A DNA stretch of 63,608 nt, filler included, from Reticulomyxa filosa (Eukaryota; Protista; Foraminifera), in the NCBI GenBank assembly GCA_000512085.1. It is 15 parts of 15 records of this genome, joined end to end, with 100 filler letters (N's around TTAATTAATTAA, not from the genome) between each part and the next. Parts side by side here need not be neighbours in the genome. Positions count along the whole stretch, not along the records: positions 22,028 to 26,294 come from ASPP01008574.1; positions 26,395 to 27,794 come from ASPP01025376.1; positions 27,895 to 38,902 come from ASPP01010176.1; 12 more parts are not named here. One strand, given 5' to 3'. The translations under genes and the position numbers were made by a program. Numbering within the stretch: the first letter of the stretch is position 1; each line of letters begins with the position of its first letter. This document shows positions 26,208 to 38,574 of the stretch, piece after piece. The notes under the pieces were generated by a model. That model saw only the letters and a list, made by a program, of their open reading frames with translations. It had not been told where the DNA came from and did no database searches.

Positions 26208-27599
26208 TAAGTGTGGACATTTTCATTTATATACATGTGGTTCAAATTTTTTTTTTTTTTTTTTTTAATTTCACACATAAATAAATAAATAAATNNNNNN
26301 NNNNNNNNNNNNNNNNNNNNNNNNNNNNNNNNNNNNNNTTAATTAATTAANNNNNNNNNNNNNNNNNNNNNNNNNNNNNNNNNNNNNNNNNNNNTTTTTT
26401 TTCGAGATAAAAAAAAATCTTGTTGTTTTTTAGACAATTGATTTGAAAATATTACCGAATTCATCACGAAACGCAAAAATAAAAAGTATTCAAATGCAAT
26501 GGAAATATGTAAATGGATATTAAAACTTAAAACCTAAGTTATGACTACAAACAGTGCATTGAATTCAATAAACTGGCGGTATGAAGGAAAGTAGCACGTC
26601 AAAAAGGTCACTAACAGAGGGATCGACAATCCATTTACTTTCTTTTCTCCGCATTTTCATATTATTTCACTAACTTCATTACTGTCTCTTTGATTATCAT
26701 AAGCAATTCCTAGGCATTTATACAGATATCATTTGTATTCCTTGTTATTAGCTAATAACATGAAATATAAGAAATTAAAACGTATTAATCGTGGATTTCT
26801 ATTGATAAATATAAAGGTGACTACAAGCAGTAATAATTATTTGTTATTTATCTATTAGCAATCATGAGATGGTAAATTGAATGGACGACAATAATACTAT
26901 CACGTTGTTATCTTTTGGATTGATATTATATAAATACACATTACGATAGAATATGTAAGTATTTGGGATCATTGATAACAATTATTTTGGATGCACATAG
27001 TGATCCAAAAAATATTTATTATAACAAATGAATAAGCAAATAATATACAAATGCTATTATTTTGTTACAAGATAGTACTATCAATAAAATATAATAAAGA
27101 TAACAGCATTTTTGAATATAATCAATTATCTGTTTGCGATGATATTGCACCATTTAAATCTTATGCATGTATCAATATGCAATTTTTATCAAACTGTTTC
27201 AAGATCAGTGAATTTTTTGTAGTTATTAAAAAATTATATCATGTAATGAAGCACAACATAGATAAATAGATGTAACATCATTTTATTTTTATTGTTTGAT
27301 TCAATAAATCATTTCAATAATTTTGTTTTGGATGAATTATCCAATTTTTAATTCAAAAAAAAAATGTAAAGACTCAACAATTTAAAATAGTCAACATATG
27401 ACAATTGTAATTCCACATTTCTGTATAAAGTGTATATAATTCAGTTGGTTTACCATTTGTTGAGATTGTTGCACCTTCATTACATAGTCGGGTGTCTATT
27501 TTTAATTTTCACATTAAAAAAAAACCATATAAAAAAGAGTTTAAGGATAACATAATATTCATAATTTAAGACAAAGCCCTAAATAAAAAAAAATTAAAC

Positions 27600-27794
27600 T
27601 TATTTTGTATTGTTCAAAAATTCTTGAATCTCACTTTGTAAAGAAAAAAGTGAAAAAAGTTTCAGTTCTCCATTATTCATTAAAGAAGAGCAATTTGGTA
27701 ATTTTGTATATTCACTTGTAATCGATGATCGATCATATACGTTGTTATCCAATGCCATGACAGGATCTTCCATAATTCTCTTGGTTAATGGACA
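27600..27794 (-). CDS. U-box domain C-terminus (5'-truncated), paralog of 43578..44043
   Basis: Hand translation: CPLTKRIMEDPVMALDNNVYDRSSITSEYTKLPNCSSLMNNGELKLFSLFSLQSEIQEFLNNTK*. Absent from the ORF track. Confidence 0.85.
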   Translation of the reverse strand, partial: CPLTKRIMEDPVMALDNNVYDRSSITSEYTKLPNCSSLMNNGELKLFSLFSLQSEIQEFLNNTK

Positions 27795-27894
27795 NNNNNN
27801 NNNNNNNNNNNNNNNNNNNNNNNNNNNNNNNNNNNNNNTTAATTAATTAANNNNNNNNNNNNNNNNNNNNNNNNNNNNNNNNNNNNNNNNNNNN

Positions 27895-28991
27895 AATGAT
27901 AATGATAATGATAACAACAATGGCAAAGGAGGCAAGACCAGGAGCCAACTCGGTAGTGTGAAACTAGTGGCATCATTGTCGCTCTGGTGTAATATACTGC
28001 TGTTGATCGTAAAGGCCATTGTTTTTGGGTTGTCTTTATCCTTGTCAGTGCTGGCTTCTTTAATCGACAGTGTCTTGGACTTATTGACACAGGCAGTATT
28101 ATATTGGACAGAAAGGCAAGTGTCGCGAGTTTCCGAAAAATATCCAGTCGTTAAGTGATCAAAGTATATAAAAGTCGGGGAGAGGAGAAAAAAAAAAAAA
28201 AGCCAAAGGGGAATACGTTTTACATTAAAAAAAAAAAATGATTAACCTTTTAATTATGTCTATTTTTCCTCCCCTCCCATCGGACTTATGATAATGATTT
28301 CATTCAGGGCAGAACTCGATTGGAACCAGTGTCGATAATGGGTGTGAGTATGCTAATGATAATGTCGGCAGTGGTGGTGATTCGCGAGTCGATAGCCGTA
28401 CTGATAGCAAAGGAATATGATATTGTGTTTGAACTCGATCTGGTGCTAATGCTGTGTGCAATCATTTTAATCAAGTTTTTATTGTGGTTGTACTGTCGAC
28501 AGTTTCGTTATTCACCAATTGCGCACGCTTTGGCGGAAGATCATATGAACGATGTATGCAGTAATGGCGCAGCTGTTATTGCGGTGGCCATTGCTTCGCG
28601 GGTACCTTCATTAGGGTTTATGGATGCTGTGGGTGGCATTGTCATCTCCATATACATCATCATTCGTTGGTATCAAATTGGCAGCACCGAAATTAAAAAG
28701 TTGATTGGCAGAAGTGCCGACGACTCGAGTATACAAGAGATTCGAATGTGCTGCGAAACCCACTCCAGCGACATGAGCGTTGATGTCGTGCGAGCTTACC
28801 ATATTGGCCGTAATATCTTGGTAGAAGTGGAGGTTGTCATGGACAGACACAAAACTTTAGAATATGTCCATGATGTAAGCTTGGAACTGCAGAAAAAAGT
28901 CGAACAGTTCCCATATGTAGAAAGAGCATTTGTTCATGTTGATTATACGAAACGAGATTACGACGAACACAAAAAACCAACATTAGGATAA
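27895..28991 (+). CDS. Cation diffusion facilitator, Mn-CDF/MTP8-like (5'-truncated); intron 28150-28307
   Basis: ASLIDSVLDLL and EDHMNDV (DxxxD in TM2 and TM5, Mn-CDF type), KYPV|GRTRLEP, DVVRAYH, VERAFVHVDY. Confidence 0.92.
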
Positions 28992-29443
28992 GTGAATTTA
29001 ACGTTTGCACATCTTTCATATCTTCTTTCGATTTTTTTTCTTAAAGATAAGATATAAATTATTTTGATAAATAAACCATCAGCAACAGTCTATCATCACT
29101 CATTAATCCTTTGACACTTGTAATATCGGTGATTGTATCAGAAATTGTCCTCGTTTTCAATTTCTTTATTGTAAAAAGAAATGAAGATCTTTTCTCTCAA
29201 TACAATTTTTTATCTGTTGCCCTTGTAATCAACAAAATTAACATAAATACTCTTCATACCACAATGACAAAAAAAAAAAGAAATAATAAGATATTACAAA
29301 TGCTCCACTATTGTAGAATAACATATTTTCGATTTTTCCAGTTTTGGAAAACGAGTACTTGCAAAATTGTTTTTGAAAGAGGTCACGCTTTTTTTTGGAG
29401 GGGAAGAAAACCCCCAAATCCTATTGAACAACAGCGTTTGATA

Positions 29444-32400
29444 ATGCTGACTATTCAAACGAAGAAACATTTCACATGGATTTGCCGAATGTGCACTTTT
29501 GCAAATGAGAAAAGATATGATCGATGTGAAGTCTGTAGTGCCCCAAGTCCTCTTTCAAACGAACAAATATGGGTTTGCGAGACCTGGTACTGTTTTTACA
29601 CGTGTTGTGTTTTAAGTCCTTCTTGTAAACATGAGCTGGAAAAGGGAGGGAAAAGAAACTTGTACACACAAACATACAAACGAATGAATAATATAAAATC
29701 AACAATGAGTCCATTGCCACCCAATAAATATAACAATAACAAACAAAGCACATCAGTCAACGCCATGACTAGAGACGAATGGTAATTATTTGTATAAGCA
29801 ACATTTATGTATTTGTTTCCCTCTTTTTAAAAAAATCAAAATTAAATATTCCGATACCCATCTTCCTTCCCTAACTTTAAAAAAAAAAAGATATATATTA
29901 TTTGTATTTGTATTTCGGGGGGGTATGTGTGGGGTAAAAAAAGTCGAACCTGTACCGCGCCTTCACCAATTCCGGAGAGTAAAATGAAATTCAATGCAAT
30001 GACCATCATATGCCATGCTTGCAAACACAAAAACCCAATTCCAAGCAAACATTGCCGAGTATAATTTTTTTTTGTTTTTTGGTTCAAAATAGATGAGTAC
30101 ACTATAACATTACATAAATTTTTTTTTTTTGTTTTGTTTTGTTATTATTATTTTATCAAAAATAATAAAGTCTTGCTTTGCAACCTTACACCCTAATTTA
30201 AAACCTTACATTGGAGATATTGTTACGTTATTTCTTCTTCTTGTTTTTTTTTTTGTTTATTTCATATGCTTTGTTTGCTTGTGTGTTTTTACCAAAAAAA
30301 AAAAAAATTTAAAATAAAATAAATGTATACGTACATACGTATAATGACTGGATGGAATTGTATAATGTTTTAAACACAGGTGGAGTTGAAAGATAAAAGA
30401 CAAGGGAAAATAATTACAATAGGCCCTCGAGTTGAATGTGAGGGAATGTTCGTCCAAGTGATATTCAGCAAAAGCAGCGCTAACAAGAGCAACACAATCG
30501 ATATGTTGTGGACCCCACTTAAAACTGTTGACAAAATCCTTCAATGTAATCAGAGAGAAAAGGCTTCATTGATGTAGTTTTTTTTATTTGCTTTTTTTGA
30601 AATATTCTGCTTATACGAACACATATGTTTACATATCATCATATAATTACCTTTTTTTTTTTTGTGTTACATATACATACATGTATACATATCACCGGTT
30701 GCAATCGCATCACAGCAAATAATGAGTTCAAACATACAATTGGAGACCGGATTCAAGTGAAAGATATTGATTGCTTGGGAACAATTCAATTCGTTGGCAA
30801 CACTCGATTTGATACGGTTTGAATTATGTTTTCGTGCGCCCTCCATTTTTATTTCCCTTTTGCTTTTTCTTCCTTTTTTTTTTTACAACTTAAAAAGTGT
30901 ACTCTGCTTGTTTGTTTTGAAATTGATTACATCTGTACATATATACACAAATACATATATGTATATGTAATGTAATCCATACAAAAATTGAATGGACGTA
31001 TATTACAAACCGAACGGGGGGGGGGAAAAAAAAACGAAAAGGGAGTATTGTATGGGATTGAATTGGATCATGCAAAAGGTTGGAACAATGGAACTGTAAA
31101 TCAACAATTTTATTTTCACTGTGAAAATAACCGTGGTACATTTGCTCGACCCATCGACATCAGTTTTGTACAATGAAAAAATTTTTCTTACTCTCCACCT
31201 TGCCCTATCAGTCAATTATAAGAAGGAGGGAAAAAAAAGGGGATGATATGTGTGGGCGAGGTTATCAAATGTATACATATACGTATATCCACCTAAATAA
31301 TTAGTGTGTAAAATGCTCATATTACGCATGTAATAGCAATAAACTATGTATAATATATAAACATATATGTATATGCATATATAAAAGTAATAACGAACAA
31401 GAAAAGCGCAATGGCAGTGGCCTCTCCAGATCTGTTGTTATCGGCAGTAGCATTGTTACCACCAGCCTCTTCAGCGTCGTCAGCACATACGGAGAACACA
31501 AGTTCATCTCCAGTGGCGAGTATAATCTACGAAGAAGAAGAGGACATTCAGATGAATGGGGGAAAAGCAACCTCTTTGATACGTGGCGGTAGGAGTGGCA
31601 ATGATAGGAATGGCAAGAGAGTAGAGGAGCAGGACAATGGCAACAACAACAATAACAACAACAACAACAACGAAGATGACGAGGAAGACAACAGAAGTAA
31701 CGTGATGCCAGCCAGTCACAGCAGAAATAAAAGTAAAAGCAAAAGTGACACATCACCAATGATAATGACAAGACGAAACACGGAAACGAAAGTGCCGTCG
31801 TCGTTGCCTCCGCCCTCGCCCACCTCGTCGATCCATTCATCGCCTTCCACGCCGACGAACAAAGTGCTGTGGGTAGCGAGTCCATCTGCCGCCGCGAATG
31901 CCGAAGATGACAGCGACGAGGACAAAAGTCCTTCCTCGAGCAAGTTTGAGGAAATATGGCTCGACGCAAAAGACATTGACGGCATCGAGTCTTCCATACA
32001 ACGTGCCAAACAACAGCACGCCAAGTCACTGTCGCAATCGCATTCGCGTTCGCATTCACAGTTGCAAGCACTGCAATCTCAATCTCAATCTCAATCTCAA
32101 TCTCAATCTCAGCTGTTGTCCAAAACCACTTCTCGGCCACCACTGCCTTCCACCCTTTCCTTTGCTCTACCTAAACGAAAAACAAAAGGCAAAGACAAAG
32201 ATAAAGATAAAGAAAAGGATAAAGACAAAGACAAAAACAAAGACAAAGAAGAGGAAGGGCACGAAGAAGCAGAAATGTGGAGCGATACAGAAATCACGAA
32301 GCAACAACAAGATGAAAACGATCTTTCAGAAAAAACTATTAAAAATAGAAGTGCCAGTAGTGAAAGTGCTTTGCGAGTATTCGTCGGAGATACTGTTTGG

Positions 32401-35400
32401 TTTTTCTTTTGAGAAAAGAGGAAAAAAATTATTATTGTTCCATTGTGATGGTAAATACAAGTAATACATTTTTAAACTCCCCTCCCATTTGTGTTTCTTA
32501 AAGATACGATTAAAGTCGAAAAGAAAAGCCACAGTGACGTGCATTGGACCCAAGCCTGGACGTACAGGAATATGGGTCCGAATCCTGATTGGTAAAGTCA
32601 AGAAGGGACAAGAGGATCTGACTCAACAACCGTTTTGGGTTTCCATTGATCGTATTGACAAAATTATTCAATGTAAGAAAAAAATAAGAGAAGGGAAGAA
32701 GGAGGGGATAGGGGCTCATCAGTTTTTTTTTTTTTTTTTTTTGGATTGTTTGAAAAGTGAAACGAAAAACACAAGGTCAATGCACTCTACAAGAAAAGTA
32801 CATAACGTGCAAAAAAAAAAAAAAAAAAAGCCAAACCAAAAGCCAAGTTTACCGTGGGTGACCGTGTCGTAATTCCACAATGTGAATGTGCGGGTGTGAT
32901 TCGATACTTTGGACCTATCCAAGTGGACACTGGCGTTTGGTATGGCGTGGAGTTAGACGAACCCAAGGGCAAAAACAATGGCACGCTAAATCATAAACCG
33001 TATTTCCGATGTGGTGAAAATCACGGGGTGTTTGTCAAGACAAAGCGTGTAGGTATGATCGCTATACATATTATATATGTACATATACATATATATATAT
33101 ATATATGTCAAATAATGTATATACATAAATATATGAATATATTTGATATAACCAAAAAAAAAAAATTTTAAAAGTCCAAGAGATACCAATGGCAAATCCT
33201 GGAGCAGTTTTGGACAAAACTGAGCAAAGCTCGGATGACAATGCAGTCGTTGAAGCCAACAAGCAGGTGTCACGGAATCCGTCGCCGGAACCACCTTTTC
33301 CTTTGAAAGAGAAAAACCCCTATGAGGGGATGCTCTTGCTTTGCGAGAGTAATTCCATTACCACTAATGGCAATACCGAAAACACGAATAACCCTGACAC
33401 AAATAATAATAATAATAATAATAACAACGAGGAGGACAAGCCTGTTCGACCTGACAAAATCCAAACCATCACACTGTCCGGATTACATCGTGACTTGTAC
33501 GAGTGCGCTCTGCCCACTATCACCAATGCAGACAAGGACGGCAAAGAACACGTGTTCCGAGAGAAATTGAGATTGGCATGCACCATTTGCGATTTTCAAA
33601 ATATGGTTTGACTTAGAAGAGGGAAGAGGGAAAGAGGAGGAGGTTCTTTTATAATAGCAATGATAATAATTTGTACGTATACATATGTATACGCACAATG
33701 TATACGTTAGCTGCATGTTTGTATTTTGCAGCATTGCAAATAAAAACGAGAACCGTATACCAAAAAAAAAAAAAAAATAAACATATGTATATAAAAGTCA
33801 CGTGTACGACTCAAGCTAATTCAAAAGAAGGAGGAGATGTTGAACGAGTTAGTGGAATTTATCGGTACGTATCACTGGTATACCGACGAAACATTCGAGG
33901 CATGTTTGCAAATGTTGGCATGTAACTTATTCCGTCCTGTATCGTATCCGAAGCTGCTGCCCTCGATGATGAATGAAGTGAAAACGACGATTTCGAAAAG
34001 CAAGGATTCTGCAAAAGATCAAAGTGAGTCTGGCGTGGACGGTTTAAAGTCATTGGAGTCGACAACAACAGCGATAACAACAACAACAACAACAACAACA
34101 GCAATTAATGGTACAGTACATCACATCAATCCAAAAAGCGGTATGTTTGAAGACCCGGCGTGGATACATATAAAACTAGTGTACGAGATTTTGTGGCGAG
34201 TGATCCACACAAAAGATATTCCGTCGGTGACAATGGGGAAATATTTGTGCGGTTCGTTTATCGAGAATTTGGTGGAGTTGTTTGCGTCCGAGGATTGTCG
34301 CGAGAGACATTATCTGACCATGATCCTGCATAAGTTGTACGGATCCTGCAAAAACCTGCGCGCAAGGATATTGGACGTAATGTTCAAATTTTTGTATCGA
34401 GTTATTTATGTGAACGGCAGTGCTTGCAATGGCATCAGTGAGATATTGCATTTGCTATGTTCGATTATTCCAGGATTAAACTTGCCAATGAAAGATATCT
34501 GGCATCGCTTCCTTCAGTGCATCGTGATGCCGTTGCATAAAAATCGACAATTGCGACAGTTTTGGGAGCCGCTGCTGCAATGCTGTGTCAACTTTGTGTC
34601 GCAAGATATACACACGGCTTTGGTAATATTGCAAGGCTTTGTTAAATATTGGCCCAAACAATGTGTCGTGAAACAAGAGATTTTTATGAACGAAATCGTC
34701 AATGTTGTCAGCGTCCTTATGTCGCATTCGAATCTCAATTCATTAGATTGGTCCAAGTGCAGACTGTTGTTGCTGGAGTGCACCAACAAAATCTCGCAGT
34801 GCATCCTGTGCATGCGCACCGTGCTCGTCGAACGTGCCATGGCTGCGTGGAAAGAGCCGTGCATGCAGCAATTGATAGACCTCGACCGTTCTCTATTTTT
34901 GCCGCCATTGATCGAAGTATTGTTTCAATACAGAAATCGTGTTGATTCCTATACTCTTATGAATATGCACAAATATGGATCGCAGCGACGAAATTCTGCC
35001 TTGAATTCTTCTTCTAGTAATGTGTCCACCAAGATCAATATCACTACCACTTTTACAGGTTCTGGCAATACTGGTGCTAATGCTAATGCTAATGCTAACG
35101 CTAATGCCAATGGCGGTGATCCCAACTCCGAAAGCTACAACGCAAGCAAGAGTATGAAAGCCAATGACTTGCTGTGCAATACCTTGGAGAAAATATATCA
35201 CACGAAAGATCAAGTCTATTATGATCGAATGCAAGTTTATTTAAGCAAAAAGTATCAACGCGAAACTCAAGTTAATGAGGTGATGCTCGGACTTTATCAA
35301 CAGAGCGCTGCCGATACAACGGCAAGTACAGTAGAACCGACCACGAACACTAATGCTGTCAACGCTGTCGACAGTTTCACTTTCTATTTGATGGACAAAA

Positions 35401-35782
35401 ATACTGAATGCGATTACTCTAACATTGTTGATAGCATACAAGAGTGCGCTAAACAAGGCGCTTACCTGACATTGATGGAACAAAAAGTTTTGCTTCCTTT
35501 TTTTTTTTAATATGCTTTACTCCAAAAAAAAAACTTGGTCAATGAAGTTAACTCATTCCCATTTTGTTTTTATTAAATTTGTCATGTGTTTAGATTATCC
35601 GACATGTGAAATGGAAAATGATTCGACAAATGGCAGATAAAAAAAAAAATGTTGCTACCAATGTGAAACGTGCTGAAAGTGCGGTCTCTTTCACCGTGGA
35701 CACAGACCAGATCAGTGAAATAAGTAGTATCGAAAATTATCACAGAAATGAGCTCACGAATCGGCTAACCGACACAGTGTAA
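29444..35782 (+). CDS. Fusion protein: 3 RanBP2-type Zn fingers, 2x(degenerate CAP-Gly-like + CAP-Gly), and a PP2A B56 (B') regulatory domain; about 13 exons
   Basis: Zn fingers WICRMCTFAN..RCEVC, WVCETCTSVN, ICHACKHKN..HCRSC. CAP-Gly LYGIELDHAKGWNNGTV..YF and WYGVELDEPKGKNNGTL..YF.C..NHGVFV. B56 FREKLRLAC..CDF, NLFRP, DPAWIHIKLVYE, FASEDCRER..LHKLYG, PLHK, KYWPK. In-frame GT-AG junctions link the domains. Confidence 0.82.
32074..32110 (+). repeat. (CAATCT)n hexamer repeat encoding QS repeats
   Basis: Direct. Confidence 0.85.
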
Positions 35783-36566
35783 GAGGAAAAGGGGGGAATC
35801 AATGGATACCAACAAAAATACACAAGAATGCCTTTTCGAATGGTTTTCATGTCAGTTATTTTTTGTTGAAATTAACTTTTTTTTACTTGTTTTCTTTTTT
35901 TTTTTCTTTTTTTTTTTTTTCCAGCCTTTTGTTTGAAATCTTTTATATTTGGCTGATTGGGAGCTTTTCTCTTGTTTCTTTTTCTTCCTTTTTTTTTCCC
36001 TTTCACTTGTTGTACATTATGGCTTCAAAAAATTGTGGGTTAAAATTCTTTTTTGGTCTAGATATGGGGTTTTTCAGGGCGGGAAACATAGAAAAATTGG
36101 AATTTTAATTTTGTCTTGATGTTTTTTTGTGTGACTGTATTTCACTTCACCAGAACCTTTGGTTTTCATCCATTCTCTTTCAATTTTCCTCTCTCGGTTT
36201 CTTTTTTTTGTGTGTGTTTTTCCCTTTGTGGTTTATGACTTATGAAGGTAAAAAATTTTTTTAAAAGATAGTGGGCTTACTTTTCTTTTGTGATTTGTAG
36301 AAACTGTCTTTTTAAATGTTTGTGCTCCATTAGAATTTCAAAATATTTCCCCGTTAAAATATTGGTGGACCATCGGGGTTTGTTTTACGAGAAAATTATT
36401 GCTTTTTATTAGCTCTGTATTTTTTTTTCTGATTTTCATATTACAAAGTCTTCATAAATATTGAAGATTTTTGATAACAAAGCTTTTTTGAAGTTGCGTA
36501 ATCATACGCTCACTGAAAAAAATTTAAAACCACAATTTTATCACTTATTAAAAAATACAGCAAATG

Positions 36567-38574
36567 TTAATGCTCATCATCTCTTTGCACCATACATCCC
36601 AGTTTTTGCTCTGCCAAACGCATGACAATTTTAAAATCGCTTTGCAATTTTTGAGATGAATAAATAGAATTGCTCGCGCTAGCAATGTAAGCCACAATGC
36701 AAGATGTACCCATATAAACCGCGTGGTTACCACCAAACAACTCAATTCCCATAATAAAACTCGACAATGGTGTATTTGTGGCCGCACCGAACACCGCAAC
36801 GAAACCTATCGCTGCAAAAACGTTTGTTAAGTCTTTCGGCACAAACAGCGTCTCGGTCAAGGTATTGCCTGTTTTTTTTGTACACTAAAAGTTAAAAATA
36901 CGTACCAGAATCAGACGACCTTGTTCTGAGGTGTGCCATAGTACATAAAAAGCGAACAAAAATTGCAGAAACAAACCTAGAGTGGCTCCGATGTAGAACA
37001 ATGGTGTGACTTCTCCTCCCTTAAATCCACTTGTCAATGTAACCACAGTAAATATCAGTTTGAGTAGCCATGAAGCTGGCTTTGATCCTCCAGAATTAAA
37101 AGCAGTAACAATGGTAACTACCTCAGGGTGACCAGGAGGTTGGATCGTGCCGATCCCCAAGTAATTGGTGTTGTCAAACATGTAACGCATTATAATGATC
37201 ATAGTCCCACCAACAACAGGGTGAAATATGTGATATTTCGGATTGGGAATCAGCCACTTGAAAAAGCGACCACAGTTATGCATGCCCCAAGCAAACAACG
37301 ATGCAGTCAAGCCAAAGAAAATCGAAGCGATCACAACCTTCAGCATAAACACCCAATCGAAATCCAAGTGGTCCGAATAGCTCATATGCCCAAAGCACTG
37401 ATCCATGCGAAAGCAAGGCGTATCATACTCAGTGTGACTACTCGACAGCAAATCCAAAAACAATCGACCAAACCAATCTGCCGTCAGACCTGTTCATAAC
37501 GTATAATTGCAAACATTTGAAGAGTACCCCCCCAAAAAAAAAACTACGTATATAATAATTATTTCATGCACTGGTCCCTTCTTTTTTTTTTTTTTTTGTC
37601 TTGCATGACTATTTAAAAAAAAAAACCCCACTTCCAATAAGAGCAGGGCCAATAGTATCCAGTCCAATGGCGCCAGCAACTAATACTTCCACTGCGAAAG
37701 TGGTAGCGGCAATAGGCGTGCCAAAGATTCCCCCAAAGCCAGCGGCAATGCCCGAAACGAACAAAGTGCGTGTGTCTTCTTGGCCAAAATGAATATGTAA
37801 GTATTCTCGCAATATCCTGGCATAAGTGCTCATCAGCGAGACAGCCATTTGTATTGCCGTACCTTCTCTGCCTGCACTCCCGCCAAACAAATGTGTCGTC
37901 CACGTCGTCAACAAAATTAACGGCGCCATTCGACTCGGAACACTGCCACGATTTTTGTTTTTATTTCTCGGCTGGTAAATCTCATCCAAGATCAAATTGT
38001 TACCACTTCTGGTTTCGCGACCAAATGTTCGGTAGGACAATGCAATACATACCCCACCCACTGGCAATAAAAATAATAGCCAAGGATAATCAAAGCGCAA
38101 ATGCGTAAGCTTGTTTAATCCCCATAAAAATATTGCACAGGCAATGCCTATTATTGCTGCAATTGGCATTATTACCACGCACCATAAACATACATGTGCC
38201 ACAATAATCACACGGTCTCGTGTTGCTAGGTAAAGTCTTTTAAATAATTTTTGTAGTGCTGGCAATATATCGGCAAACTTAGGTCCCGGTGGGGGCTCGC
38301 TTGCCGGGGGAACCTCCGCTGGTTTCTCATTTGCTTGCACTGACACGTCACCATCACTTGCCAGCTCCACTGTGGGATTTGGGTTCTCGTCAATCGTTTC
38401 GTTCAAACTTTCGTTCTCGTTCTGCGTCATTGCTGCTATTGTTGCGTTCACTTCCGTCGAGAAATGGAAGCGAGTGTACGATGTAGGATTAGTGTCATTC
38501 TCTGTTGTGTTATCATTCTCTGTATCCAGTAACAGAGGTGCCGCCAAGGAGGTGGCCTTGCCCTTATAAGACAT
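36567..38574 (-). CDS. CLC-family transporter of the CLC-F (fluoride/H+ antiporter, EriC-F-like) type; exons 38574-37632, 37489-36977, 36868-36567; 585 aa
   Basis: GNNLIL (~38004-37987), GGSAGREGTA (~37872), GFKGGEVTP (37016-37002), GATLG|NTL, ATNTPL, ELFG, SIYSSQ. No CBS domains. Exons total 1758 nt, in frame. Confidence 0.9.

Noticed and set aside
26395-27590. Possible transposon relic (isolated KYLG-like word)
   Set aside because: No second supporting motif or sustained reading frame.
3624-32143. Long antisense or alternate-frame ORFs (e.g. 3624..4001, 10291..10896, 31322..32143; also 59577..59912)
   Set aside because: Shadows of low-complexity repeats in the real coding frame (poly-Leu, poly-Cys, poly-His).
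36567-38574. Bacterial contamination as the source of the CLC-F gene
   Set aside because: It has two GT-AG introns with host-like homopolymer runs and shares a contig with intron-rich host genes.
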